DNA from: the human T2T-CHM13v2.0 reference genome, Homo sapiens
Length of the DNA stretch: 64,000 nucleotides
Assembly: GCF_009914755.1 (NCBI RefSeq)
Contig: NC_060938.1
Reading direction: 5' to 3' (one strand)
In this document: piece by piece, positions 45,541 through 59,013 of the stretch
Numbering within the stretch: position 1 is the first letter of the stretch
Layout of the letters: every line of letters begins with the position of its first letter
The notes under the pieces: generated by a model
What the model was told of the DNA's origin: nothing
Database searches by the model: none
Seen by the model: only the letters and a program-made list of their open reading frames with translations
Program-made: the position numbers and the translations under genes

Positions 45541-47959
45541 TTGATCTAAAAGCACAGGACCCAGGTGGGGGGGCCCTGGCTGTCCTTGTCTAAGTGCTGT
45601 ATGAAAGGTATGACTCATTACTTCCCCGTTTTATAAGTAAGCAAACTGAGGTCCCATGAGGTTAAATAATTGCTTAGGGTTACCCAGCTAGTCTTGGGCA
45701 GAACCAAGGGCTTCCATTCAGGTATTTCTGACCCCAAGCCCCAGGCTTTTTTCACTGCACAGCAGGTATCAGAAGAGGCTGATGTGTGTTTCACTTCTTC
45801 CTAGCACCCACCTAATGAGAGATGCTCGCGGTCAGTGCAAGGGACAGATATTGGCACTGTTAGAGGAAACAGTGTGAAGAAGAAAAGGGATGGGCTGGAC
45901 AATCACTTCCCATACACTGCAGAGCCCAGCCCTGTGCCCAGAAGCTGCAAGCAACAGTCTCTGCAAAATAAAGGAACCTAGCTGGTTTAAAGCTACACTA
46001 GATGTTTTATCTGTCTCCATAAAAGGAGGGCGCCCCATAAAGTTCTGAACATCCCCAAGAGCCACCACAAGTAAGACAAGGGTGGGGCTGGCAGACAGGT
46101 GCAGGCCAGGCGCTGGGACCTCCCCTATCCATGAGGCTATCGGCAGCCTGACAGCCACACAATTTCCTCTTGGCACTGGTTCCTCCTGTTCCCGTCAGCA
46201 TCCACGTTATTGGCACCTCCTCACGCAGATTTCTTGGACTTCCTTGTCAGCCCTTACGAAACCTGAGCCCTGGGCCAGGGCTTCAGAGGGTAAAGCCACA
46301 CAAGGAAATGCCTGCAGCCTTTACATATACAAATATCTCACCAGCTTTCACTGCGTGAACAAAGACCAAGAGTTGAGAACCCTGAGCTAGGGACAGCCCT
46401 CCAGAGGGAGATCTGCAGAGCCCAAGGTCTGGAAGGGAGAAGGGGGCAAGTGCAAACTTCCAAGTTGTTCCTTTGGGCTCTCCTGGTAAATGTCTCCTGA
46501 GTACGAAAGAATCCTCAACTATCCCATTTGAAATCCTAGACTCTCCCATTTGGAAGTAACTGCAGAAGCTGGTGAGTCCGGCCTCCACCTGGGTCCACCC
46601 TACCCACAAGCACCTGGAAGAGCTCAAGTACCTGCCACAAGAGCTGAGGACAGCCACCTCCACATTCGGCTTTTAGGGCAGAGCCAGGGCATTAATGAAA
46701 TAAACCCCTGAGAGCCCGTGGGCATTAGTAGGCTTGGTGGTGCGAAAAGATGAGGAGGAGGAGGATGGTGGCGACAGTGATGACGGTGGTGGTTATGATG
46801 CCAGGCATCTGGCTACAACCTTTCCTACACCTCTTAATTAATCTTCACAACCCTATGCTCTAAGTAGGTTAGGGATACTACATAAGGCCACCAAACTACT
46901 GCATGGTACTAGACTTTATGGCTCCAAAAATCATGCTTCTAACCACTACACTCTCTGATAAGGTCTCTGTACCTCTCCATTTACTCACCATCCCATGGGT
47001 CTTGACTTGACTTGAGAATCGCCACTTTGTGTTGTGTTTGCTAGGTTGTTTTCCCCCTCTCCGCTAAGGTGTGTGTGGGTTCCTCCAGGGCAGAGACCAC
47101 ATCCTGTTTGTTTCTCAACGCTCAGTGCCTGACTTGAAGCCTCATATGCAGTGGTGCTGAATGCACGCTGGTAACGGAAGAATGCACACGAATGACTGAA
47201 CGCCAGTGGACTTGACCACGCTGGGAGTCGGCTGCCAACAGCCCACCAGCTGTGTGTCTTCTTGGCCCTGATCCCAAACACACTCAGGTTTATTCTAATC
47301 AACTTGTGGGATGGCATGGTCTGACCTGTGGCAAGCAGCCACGCTGTAGCAGGCCAGCTTCCATGGGCCCTGTCACTTGATCCACGTGTGTCATGGAGTA
47401 AGTGCACTTTGGCACAGTCTGAACCCCATGACCTTGCTCCTTCTTCTGGCCCTAATTATGACCCCCAAGCCACCTGGCCAAAGCCAATCATCAGTCCTCT
47501 TTCTAGGGCTCAGTGAGAGACAGGCAGCCAATAAGGCTTATGAATGGGCTTGTGTGTGTGTGTACACGTACGCATGTGGGCATAAGTGTGTGCGTGTGTG
47601 CATGCAAGTGTGTGTGTGTGGTTTGCCTGCGGGGTGAGATGAAGCTCCTCCCATGTGGTTATAATCAAATCAATGAATCTCAGGGTGTGAGAGCCTGGAT
47701 GGCCATCCAGCCCCACCTCCCACACGATGCTCCAGTCCCCTGGGTAGCATTCCCAAGCTCTCCATGGCCCAGCAGCTCCCAGCCTCCTTGCAGCAGTAGC
47801 AGCAACAGTAGCAGTGGCCACAACAGTATCTATACAATCATAACTGCTATTTCTGGAATACTTTCTATTATAACTGGATGTTAGACTTTTCTTGTGATCT
47901 CCATTTCATCTGAGACCCCAAAGCTGGAAGAGTAGGTAAAGCATACCTCCCCATTCTAA

Positions 47960-48190
47960 AGAAAAGTATAACAGCACAGATTTTTGGTGCCAGGCTGCTT
48001 AGGTTCAAATCCTGCCCTGGTGCTTATTAGTTGTGAGACTAGTCGGGCAGGTTGCTTAGCTCTGTGCCTCAGTGCTCTCATCTGTAAAATCTGGACGATA
48101 AAACCATCCTATATCATAGGATTCTTGTGAAGATTAAAGAGTTACTGTATAGAAAGCACTTAGAATAGTGTCTGGCACATACAGGCACTA
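47960..48190 (+). mobile_element. MIR
   Basis: ggttcaaatcc..tctgtgcctcagtgctctcatctgtaaaat..aaagcacttagaatagtgtctggcac. Confidence 0.8.
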
Positions 48191-48310
48191 TACACGGCTT
48201 GCTGCTGATGCTGTGTGTGGAGTTATTGGGGTTATACAGGACTTACAAAGCTGTGATCCAAAGCCAGATGTTTCCCTCATTCCATCACCCCCTCCAGCCT
48301 ACATACATAC

Positions 48311-48649
<339 letters not shown>

Positions 48650-49889
48650 TAGCCTCCATCTCAATCAAGAGGGGTTTTCAAAAAAAGAAAAACTGTTTAG
48701 AGATGCAGGCCCCTGAAGTTCAAGGATGCAGAAAGTGGTACCAGACTGTCTCCAGGAGAAGTCTGGAGATGTGAGCCCTGAGCTGCCCCACACCATAGAG
48801 AGGAACGGGGAATGCAAGGAGCTGATGTTGACATCCTGAAAGGCCCTTGTGTAAGGTCTGCTGCCAGGATGCAGTGATACCCTCCACCTCACTACCACCA
48901 CGGCACATCTGTATGAGACATAGCCCCAGAATTAGGGGCTGAGAGGTTTGGAGTAGCAGGTGACCAACCACAGGCCCTACTGCCCATATCAGGGACTGGT
49001 CAGTGTGAAGTCCTCAGGCAAATCTCCAAAAGACCCACAAAAGCACCCTGTGAGAGCAACAGCTTTGGGGGCTCTGCTCCTGAGGGAATACCAATGCCTG
49101 GTTACAATGGCTACAATCGGGGAGGAGCCTCACTCTTCCAGCCTTACCCTTTCTACCACCTGCTCCTCCCCTGCCAGCCCTGGAGGAGCCAGGGCCAGCA
49201 CTACCATTACCGGGAGGGTGACAAGAGGACAGGGCAGAGGCCAACCACACCCCTTGCCTGCTCTGAACTAGGAGACAGGGAGAAACTTCACAGTGGGTAA
49301 GAGACAGAGAGGTTGAAGTTTCCATTTAAACTAGTACAGACTTTTGACGTGAGAGAATGAGACAATCCAATAGAAATGGAACATGCCTGTGAATCCTAGG
49401 GAATTGACGTGAGATGTAACCCAGGTGCTCACAGGTTTGATCCAACAGCGTGAGAAAAAGAAAAAGTCATTGACTGTTTCACCCCCACCACCAAACTCCA
49501 CTTCTTTGATAAAAACTGTATTCCAGATAGGGCACTAAGTGGATAATCTCATCTAATCCTAAAGTAAACACTCATCTAGAGGTCCAGAGGTGTTAGGTCA
49601 CATCACACAATTGTGAAATTGTTAAACTGTAGAAGACATGGCTCCAGAGCTCACATTAGAATGACTGAGTGGTTTCCCGGGGAGGGTCCCGCAGCTTCAG
49701 ACAGCATGGACCCTCGGAAAGCCAGCCTTATCCGGAAGATTTCTGTCTTCCTGCCTTGTGGCCCATGACTTCATAGGGCCCAGTCTCTAATGAAAGCATA
49801 TAAACGCCCATGGACCTTTTCAATATGGCTCCCCACAGTGACCCTGGAAGATCACAGCAGCATCTGTTAGAAATGCAGATTCCTGGGTG

Positions 49890-50322
49890 CAGTATGCTGG
49901 GTAGTAGCCCCCAAAAAGATGCAAGTCCTAAATCCTTGGAACCCGTTCCGTTATAAGGAAAAGGGTTTTTGCAGATGTGATTAAGAATCTGGACAGAGAG
50001 ATTATCTGGATTGTTTGAATGGGCCCTAAATCTACTCGCAGGTGTTAATATAAGAAGGAGACAAAGGGAGATTTGATACACACAGAGGAGGAAGAGGAGG
50101 CAGCGTGACCACAGAGGCAGATATTGGAGTGATGCAGCCACAGTCAAGAAGTGCTGGCGGCCCCCGGAAGCTGGAAGAGATATGGAACGGATTCTCCTCT
50201 AGAGCCTCCAGAGGGAGCACAGCCCTGCTGACACCTGGATTTCAGCTCAGTGAAACTGATTTCAGACTCCTGGCTTCCAGAACTATGAGAGAATAAATTT
50301 CCTTTGCCTTAAGTCACCAAGT
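49890..50322 (+). mobile_element. MLT1 (B/C-like) LTR, 3' end abutted by an Alu
   Basis: ctagagcctccagagggagcacagccctgctgacacc..ccagaactatgagagaataaattt. Confidence 0.8.
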
Positions 50323-50634
50323 TTTTATTGTTTTTCAGAGATGGGGTCTCGCTCTGTTGCCCAGATTGGAGTACAGTGGTGTGATCTCAGCTCACTGCAA
50401 CTTCGACCTCCTGGGCTCAAGCAATCCTCCCATCTCACACCACCTCCCCGCCACACTGCCCCAGGTAGCTGAGACTACAGGTGCCTGCCACCATGACCGG
50501 CTAACTTTTTTTTTTGTAGAGACAGAGTTTTGCCATGTTGCCCAAGCTGGTCTTGAGCTCCTGAGCTCAGACAATCTGTCCACCTTGGCCTCTCAAAGTG
50601 CTGGGATTACAGGCATCAGCCCCCGTGCCTGGCC
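50323..50634 (-). mobile_element. AluJ
   Basis: Antisense dimer, 345 bp from exon 10. Confidence 0.88.
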
Positions 50635-50978
50635 TGCATAGGAGGTACTTAAGAAATACTTGTCACATGGGTTGGTTGAAAAGTGGAGACGTGAATGCCT
50701 CTCCAACAGAATATTAGGAGAAAAGAGACCTAAGATTGCATCTTGGCCTAACTTCCCATTTCACAGATGAGGATCCTGAGGCTCAGGAGGAGAAGCATCT
50801 TTTGCAAGACTACACAGAAAGTGGTGGAAACCAGGACCTTGAACCACACCCTCCACTCTTCTCTCTGCCTACCTGTCCCCCAGCCCCACTCTTACCTGCT
50901 TGCATACAGCATGTTCCTAGGAGAGACAGCACAAGGCCACTGTTACAGATGGCGTCCCCACTCCCCACTCCCTCTTAC

Positions 50979-51174
50979 CCGCATGTAAAATTCTCTGCCC
51001 TCATTCCCAGATTTGATCTGGAAAATGTAATAGGCCCCAGGGTAGCGGGTCGTGGCTTGCATTTGGAAGATGTCAGCGGGAACGGAGCGTCCTGACACCA
51101 CGTCCATGTCCCGGTACAAGATGGTAAAGGGCTGGTCTCTGCAGCCAGGGTTCTCAGCAGGACACATACAGCGG
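50979..51174 (-). CDS. FBLN5: Fibulin-5 exon 10 (fibulin C-terminal domain, RCMCPAENPGCRDQPFTILYRDMDVVSGRSVPADIFQMQATTRYPGAYYIFQIKSGNEGREFYMR)
   Basis: Seen in ORF 50943..51167. Acceptor ccacag|CC, donor CGG|gtaaga. 196 nt, phase 2-0. Confidence 0.97.
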
Positions 51175-51490
51175 CTGTGGAAAGGGAAATCACGTGAGAA
51201 CTCAAGAAATCCATTCCAGGTGCTGGCTGTGCCTACTTCCTCTCTTAAAACACTGAAAATGAGGCCACCCCATTTTTAGCATCCAAATGCCATAACTGTA
51301 GAATGTCTCTGCTCCTGGCTTGAGTCTAAAATCTCTCCAGCATGTAGGCGAGCTCTGTTTCCTAGAGAATGGACTTTTCTCACCAACCAGATGTTCTGGC
51401 TACTAAATAGAATACAAACCTTAGATCTCTGGTTTTCAGAACATTAGAACATTCTCCAAGATACTTTACATTTGCCACGTAGGCCAAATA

Positions 51491-51566
51491 TGCCACTCCA
51501 GCCTGGGCGGCAGAGCAAGACCCTGTCTCAAAAAAACAAAACAAAAAAAAAGGAAGAAAGAAAGAA
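51491..51566 (+). mobile_element. Alu 3'-end fragment with tail
   Basis: cactccagcctgggcggcagagcaagaccctgtctc followed by an A-rich tail. Confidence 0.8.
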
Positions 51567-52311
51567 ATTTTTAAAGTAAGAAACTGGATTAACAGGTCTT
51601 GGGGATCCTTGTACATTCTCTATTGTGCTCAGCCCAGTCTGCATGGAATGTTACTGAATCGAATATAATCAAATCTTGTCATTCGATAATTGATAAGCAA
51701 GAGTTAGAACTATGTACAAGATGTGACATTGGACATTTTGGAAATTCAATGAATAATAAGATCCTGACCTCAGATAGTTTACTTTCTAATAGGAGAAATA
51801 AACCACAGACACAAATATCTCTAATACAAAGCAACTATTAACAGAGTGCCCTAATATAAAATCACTGACTTTTACTACCAAAGAATGCCTGTTATAGACA
51901 CCCCTTGATTCACCCCTAACACCCCCTTCCTCTGTCTCTGACCCTGCCCTGAGACTCCACCTAGGGGCCAGGGTTCACAATAGGATGAAGATGTCTGTTG
52001 AGACGCGCGGTGGTGGCCAACGCTAGGAGTCAACCTTGCTGTGTTTCTGCCACTAACTTCCAATCTATCCACAAAACCTGTTGGTTCTACTTCCAAAAGA
52101 GAGTCCACATCCAACCATCTCCAGTGCCTTCAATGCACTCTTGCCTTCTCGCCTTTGCACATGCTGTTCCTTCTGATCTTCCACTCTCTATTTAGTTAAA
52201 GTCAACTCATTTTCCCATTCCAGCCCAAGTGTCATTTTTCAGAGAGGCCTTTGGACTCCTCCATCTAAACCATCCAGCCTACTCTTCCTTTTTATAAATT
52301 TCCATTCATTC

Positions 52312-52562
52312 TGAGCAGAGTATGGTGTCTCATGCCTATAATCCCAGCACTTTGAAAGGCTGAGGCAGGAGGATGACTTGAGTCCAGGAGTTCAAGACCT
52401 CTGGCTTTACCAAATACATATATATGCCAGGAGCACTGGCACACACCCATAGTCCTAGCTACTTAAAAGGCTGAGGCAGGACGATTGTTTGAGCCCAAAA
52501 GGTTGAGGCTTCAATGAGCTGTGATTGCACCACTGCGCTCCAGCCTGGGTGGCAGAGCAAGT
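52312..52562 (+). mobile_element. Degenerate AluJ
   Basis: Both arms recognisable; partly deleted, no tail. Confidence 0.8.
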
Positions 52563-53642
52563 TTCATTTTTTTAAGGCTGCATCAAAATAGCCAAGTCAA
52601 AATGTCTCTAGTGCCAAAATGGCCACAATAAAGTATCATGTGCAGCATAGAAAATCATTGTTTCCTAAAAGAAGTTTGGAGGAGGGAGTGATGGCTCCCA
52701 GCTGAAGAGGACCACAAACAGCTGGGAGAGGTGGCATCTGAGCTGAAATCTGAAAGATGGGGCAGGACTGGCTATGTGGAAATGAAAGGAATGCCTTCCA
52801 TATGGCCGGAAGTATGTGCACACAAGAAGGGAGGCTGGCCATTCCTGGGCACGGGTAAAGGCATGAGCAAGTCCTGTTCAGACTGGCAGGAGCACAGGAC
52901 ACCTGAACTGGACAAGGAGCTGGAAGGGGCTGCCGGAGTCTGACTGGACTGGAGCCTGGAGTGAGGGAGTCACGGAGCATTGTCAGCGTCATGCCAGAGA
53001 CTCCACCAGTAACTCCAGCTCAGTGCTGCAAGCTGAAATGGGTCAGCTCCCCAGCCACAGACGGGGTGGCCTGGAAAAACCCAGAGAGAACCAGGAATAG
53101 AAGCTGGGAAGAGCAGCCTGGAGCTCTGCTCTGCCACAAACAGGCCTTACGTCGGGGGTCAAAGAGCCCTGTTCTAAAGGGTTGCTTAGTAGCACAGCTC
53201 TTAGCAACAAGTGAAGATGTCCCTAAAGGATCCGCCTGTCCCGGCATTATCCTCTCTTTTGCCAATTTGTTATCAAAGTGGGTACCACTGGTAAGCCATG
53301 AATTCCTCTCTTAGAGGCTGTATTCCGAGAGGGCAGGATGGGTGTGTCTGATTCATCCTTTCGTCTCCCATGCGGGGTTTGGTGTTGCTCAAGGGAAGTC
53401 GATGTGTGAACATTTGGAATATAGGAGGCCAAGGAGGAACTGAGATGGTTTAAAAAAGGGATAAAAGAGAAGGAAAAGGAACTCCTACTATGCCAGGAAC
53501 AGAAAGCCACTGTCCTACTGCATTCACCTTTTGGAAGTTGTCTTCACTTTAATTCTCTCCTCAACTCTAATATTTGCCGTCTGGTGATTTAGTAAAATGT
53601 TGACCAAGATGACGTCAGAAACTTGATTAGCACCAACGAGAG

Positions 53643-53711
53643 AACTCTCCAGCACCTCAATACTCAACTGTCCAGCACCTCAATACTCAACTCTCCAGCA
53701 CCTCAATATTC
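53643..53711 (+). repeat. 23-bp tandem repeat x3 (AACTCTCCAGCACCTCAATACTC)
   Basis: Three copies; copies 2 and 3 each have one mismatch. Confidence 0.95.
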
Positions 53712-53945
53712 ACGGAGCAGTCCAGGGAGATTGGAAGCATTCATTTCACCTGGGAGCTTGCCAGAAAGGCGGAATCTTGGGCCCCACCCCAAACCCACTG
53801 AATCACACTTTAACGAGATCACCAGGTGAGTCCTATGAGTGTTACATTTAGAAGCCAACCTCTGAAAGACCCCATGTATCCAGAACAAAGTCATTAGAGG
53901 GAAGAGGAGATTCTAGAACCCTGACTCAACTCTCGGCTTGGTTAG

Positions 53946-54377
<432 letters not shown>

Positions 54378-54605
54378 TGAAAAATAGTTCTTTCTTGTAT
54401 ATAGGGATGTGTTTCAGACCCTATAACTTGGAATGGAATGTTTTGCAAACTTTTTGACAACCTACAGTAACACACTTTGCACTGCAAACCAGTAGCACAC
54501 AAAACTAAAAGATAAGTTTCAAAAAACAATATTGACTCTTGCTATGTGCAATGTACTCTGATATTTTCTATTCCAGTCTGTTCTATCTATTCTACTCTGT
54601 TCTAT

Positions 54606-54608
<3 letters not shown>

Positions 54609-54640
<32 letters not shown>
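54609..54640 (+). repeat. (AC)16 microsatellite
   Basis: Read directly. Confidence 0.95.
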
Positions 54641-54643
<3 letters not shown>

Positions 54644-54777
54644 TGAGCACATGACGTAGGTAGTAGGCCAGGTCCCCTCACTTCCTGGCTGGTGCACTCT
54701 CTTTCACACCACACCTCCAACCTCCTGAGCCAGGCCCTCATCAGGTTTCTATTCCCCAGGGGGACGCCGTGACTTAC

Positions 54778-54904
54778 TTATCACTGATCCTCAGATAAGG
54801 CTCCTCACAGCGGATGGGGTCAATGCATTTGAAGCCCCCTTGTAAATTGTAGCACGTCTGCTGCAGGTTGCACGTGTGGTTCCTGTGCTCACATTCGTTG
54901 ATGT
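54778..54904 (-). CDS. FBLN5: Fibulin-5 exon 9 (last cbEGF DINECEHRNHTCNLQQTCYNLQGGFKCIDPIRCEEPYLRISDN)
   Basis: Hand translation. Acceptor tttcag|AC, donor TAA|gtaagt. 127 nt, phase 1-2. Contains an N-H-T sequon. Confidence 0.97.
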
Positions 54905-54989
54905 CTGAAATGCAGGGGAGACAAGAAGCGGAGGCAGGGCATTATTGGCCAGGCCAGACGCGTGGGGGTGGGGTAGGCTGGATCTTACT

Positions 54990-55795
<806 letters not shown>

Positions 55796-56439
55796 CTACG
55801 GAGAATTCTTGCTTGGCAATGGGATAAGGCAGGTTCAAGGAGGCTGAGAATGGGTCAGTTGCTTCTGCAATGACCCCTCAGTGGGTGGAGCATGGGGCTG
55901 GAACCCAGGCTAAGCAGGCAAACAGGAGAAGGCCCACCCCTTTTACAGTCTGGGGTCCCAGCCCTTGCAGGAACAGAGCAGTCAGGTGCATGAGGTCTCC
56001 CTGGCAACCATGCTCTAGGAGATCACTTGGAGAAAGGCTAACCAAACTGCCCTCCAGGCCACGTAAGAAAGCCCGGGCTCTGGCCAGGCCATAAAAGTCC
56101 TGCTTAGCTCTGGAGCAGTTCTCAGAGGAGCCTCAGAGATCTGCCTGGGGAGGCAGAAAGCCACGCTTAGAGGCTGCCGTCTGCATCTGCAGAGTTCATT
56201 ACAGAAGTTTAAGTGGCCAATATCCTGGCCAAAGGACGGGTTACAGGGAAGGAAGACAACAGGCCAGGCATCCTGCCCAGAGCTGCCACTATGAGAGCCA
56301 CCAGCACCCACTCACACCCCCACCCCTGCCACCTTCCCAAAGCTGCACATGATTCCCCAGGTGAGGATATCCAGATGAGCCCCTGAAGCAGCTCCACCTC
56401 ACACATACACCCCAGCCAGGCCCCTCCGGACAGCCTTAC

Positions 56440-56562
56440 CTTGGCAGCTTCGGTTGTCATCCAGCAGGATGTAGCCTGGAGGGCAGGAGCAGAAGTATGT
56501 GCCGGGCTGGTTCACACACTCATGTTGGCAGAGGAACTCAGAGAAGCTGCACTCGTCCATAT
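56440..56562 (-). CDS. FBLN5: Fibulin-5 exon 8 (cbEGF DMDECSFSEFLCQHECVNQPGTYFCSCPPGYILLDDNRSCQ)
   Basis: Hand translation. Acceptor ccccag|AT, donor AAG|gtaagg. 123 nt, phase 1-1. Contains an N-R-S glycosylation sequon. Confidence 0.97.
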
Positions 56563-57115
56563 CTGGGGTGACAAGTCACACCTGCTGTTTGTAATCCCAG
56601 TCTACATGGGGATGGGAGCTTAGTGGCCATCTACTCCAACTCTCACACTGTCTTGATACATACAATGGCTTTACTGCCAAGAAGCTGTCAATTCACTTCT
56701 CCAGCACTTCTAGCAATGGAGAGCTCACTACCTACTGAGGATAACCATTGATATTTGTACAGCTCTAATTGTCAGAAAATTATTTCCTACATGGAGCTGA
56801 AATCCACCTCCATCGAGCTTTCAACATCTGCCTCTCACTCGGCTGCACCTTCCATTCATTATAAACCTATTTCACCATGTAGGGGAATCCACCCTCCGCC
56901 TCTGACCTGCCTAAGGGGCTGAGATTTCTTTGCCCACTGGGATTTTCTGGGGGTTTCCCAAAAAAACATTCCCTGGCCCTAGAGGGCCCTCTGAAGGGGC
57001 AACTTTCGCAATGCCAACTCCCCTCCAATCACCTCTTTCCCCAACTTCAGGAACAATATTGTTCCTAAAGTCACAATTAAGGGACATATCCAAAAGGCCA
57101 GGATTTTAATTATAT

Positions 57116-57307
57116 TAAAACTTCACTGTGTAAAAAAAAAAACAAAAAAAACACACACACACAAAAACAAAAACAAACAAAAAAACTGCCTGAAAGAGAA
57201 AACTCCGGAGTGGTGAGGGATGGGCAGGGATATAATTTTTCTCTTTGTGGCTCGCCTACCTCGGATCCTCCCTGGGACAATGGAAGCAGCAGCTTCCAGC
57301 CAGCCTG
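57116..57307. repeat. Local direct duplication, copy 1
   Basis: Aligns by eye to 58868-59013; 52/55 identical in the core. Confidence 0.9.
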
Positions 57308-57929
57308 ACGTGGAGGGGAGCCCCTGTCCATGTGATTTACAACTCATCCGCATGGGCTATGGCGGTTGATGCAGATGCAGAAGCAGACGTTCCAGAAAAG
57401 CCAACTCTTCATCACACACAGAGTTTGGCAACAGAGCCCCTGTTTGAGCCTCATTCGATAAGCATGCCAAAGAAAACATGTTGTTCTTGCATTTGTTGTT
57501 TCCCAAAAACTTGCTTTCACTAGTTTCCCCATGTGACATGTCCTCGGATTACTCTCTCACTCACAGACCACTGGTGGCTGGAGTCACCCAGAGAGGGTGT
57601 CAACGCAAAAGAAGCTGCCTCTCCACCATCAGATAATTCCGGGTGTTACACGCCTTGTGCCTCTCACATCCCAGAAGGAAAAACTCCTTCCTGTCTCTCT
57701 CAGGGGTCCTCAGGTGATGGGTTATCAGCCAGCAGAATTAGGATGCTGATTTGAAAAGTCACGTGTGCTCAGGTAATATCTGATTTGGTTGTGCCTCCCC
57801 GCCTCCCCTAGAAGCCTTGTAGAGCCCCGGGTCTCTGGCTCCAGCCCATCATAACTGAGTGTCCTATTTTATTTCCAAGTTTGTAGATTCCACTCATACT
57901 TTCAGTAGAGTAGTAGTGATGTCTGTCAA

Positions 57930-58145
57930 TTCCTGAGGCTCCCTATATGCCAAGCAGTGGGTTAAATGCTTTACATGCCTCCTCTTATTTAATTCTCACC
58001 TCAACCCCATGAAGGAGGTGCTATCACTCTCCATATTTTACAGAAGAAAAACTGAGACTTACAGAGGTTAGCTGACTTGACCAAGTTCACAGATAACCAG
58101 TAAGGAGGAAAGCTGGGACTTGAACCCAGCCTCTAGATCCTACAC
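57930..58145. mobile_element. MIR
   Basis: ttatttaattctcac..ttttacagaagaaaaactgagacttacagaggtta. Confidence 0.75.
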
Positions 58146-58867
58146 TTAGAAACACGACACTGTAACGTCTCCCTGAGTAACTGTGCTGAGGGATCAGCGG
58201 AGCTGGGGAGCCCTGAGGTTGGGGCAAGCACCCAAGCAGGGTTAGCTCCAGGGCAGATGGAGAGCGTAGCACCTACTCCCAACTCCCACTGGGCAGGGAG
58301 GGGCTGTAACAGACCCTACTCGGTTTATCTTTGGGTCTGCAATTCCCAGACTTTGCTTAGGGCTGTGGCTCCACCCTCCAGTGGAAAGCTGAAATACAAG
58401 CCCAGTTTCTGGCAGGGAGCATGTATTAGGCCACTTTCACTCCTCCACATGAGAACCCACCATGGTTTCCAGGAACAGCTCAGCTTAGCAAATCCCTGAG
58501 AGACAAGGCTAGGAGGGGTCTGGGGCTACACGGAGAGGCCACCCCAGCCGTGATAACACAGTGAGGATAACAGTGCCTGCGGAAATGGAGAAGTGCAGAA
58601 AGGGGTTAAGTAGGAAGGTGCAGAAACAGACTCTCTCCATCACCCTGTTATCCTGGGCCAGTCTGCTCTAGAAAGCCTACATATCCCGGGGTCACACCAA
58701 GTCTTCAGGAGGGTGTGCATCATGGAGAACATGGAGGACAAGTTGGCCATTTGGGGCAAAATGAGTCAACTGAAAATCTTGGCCAAATCGGCATGGATGT
58801 AAGCTTCTCAAGAAGCCAAAAGTCTCTTACACCTACACTTAGGGAAGATAAATTAACATGTAATGAC

Positions 58868-59013
58868 TAAAACTCCACTGTGTCCAAAAAAAACCTCCTT
58901 GAAAGAGAAAAGTCCAGAGTGTTGTGGGGTAGGCAGGAATATTTGTCTCTCAGTGGCCCGCCTACCTTGGATCCTCCCTGGGACATGGGAAGCAGCAGCT
59001 TCCAGCCAGCCTG
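58868..59013. repeat. Local direct duplication, copy 2
   Basis: Aligns to 57116-57307 without the A/CA expansion. Confidence 0.9.

Noticed and set aside
53643-53711. 23-bp triple repeat as a CRISPR-like or functional array
   Set aside because: Contiguous copies with no spacers in a eukaryotic intron; an ordinary minisatellite.
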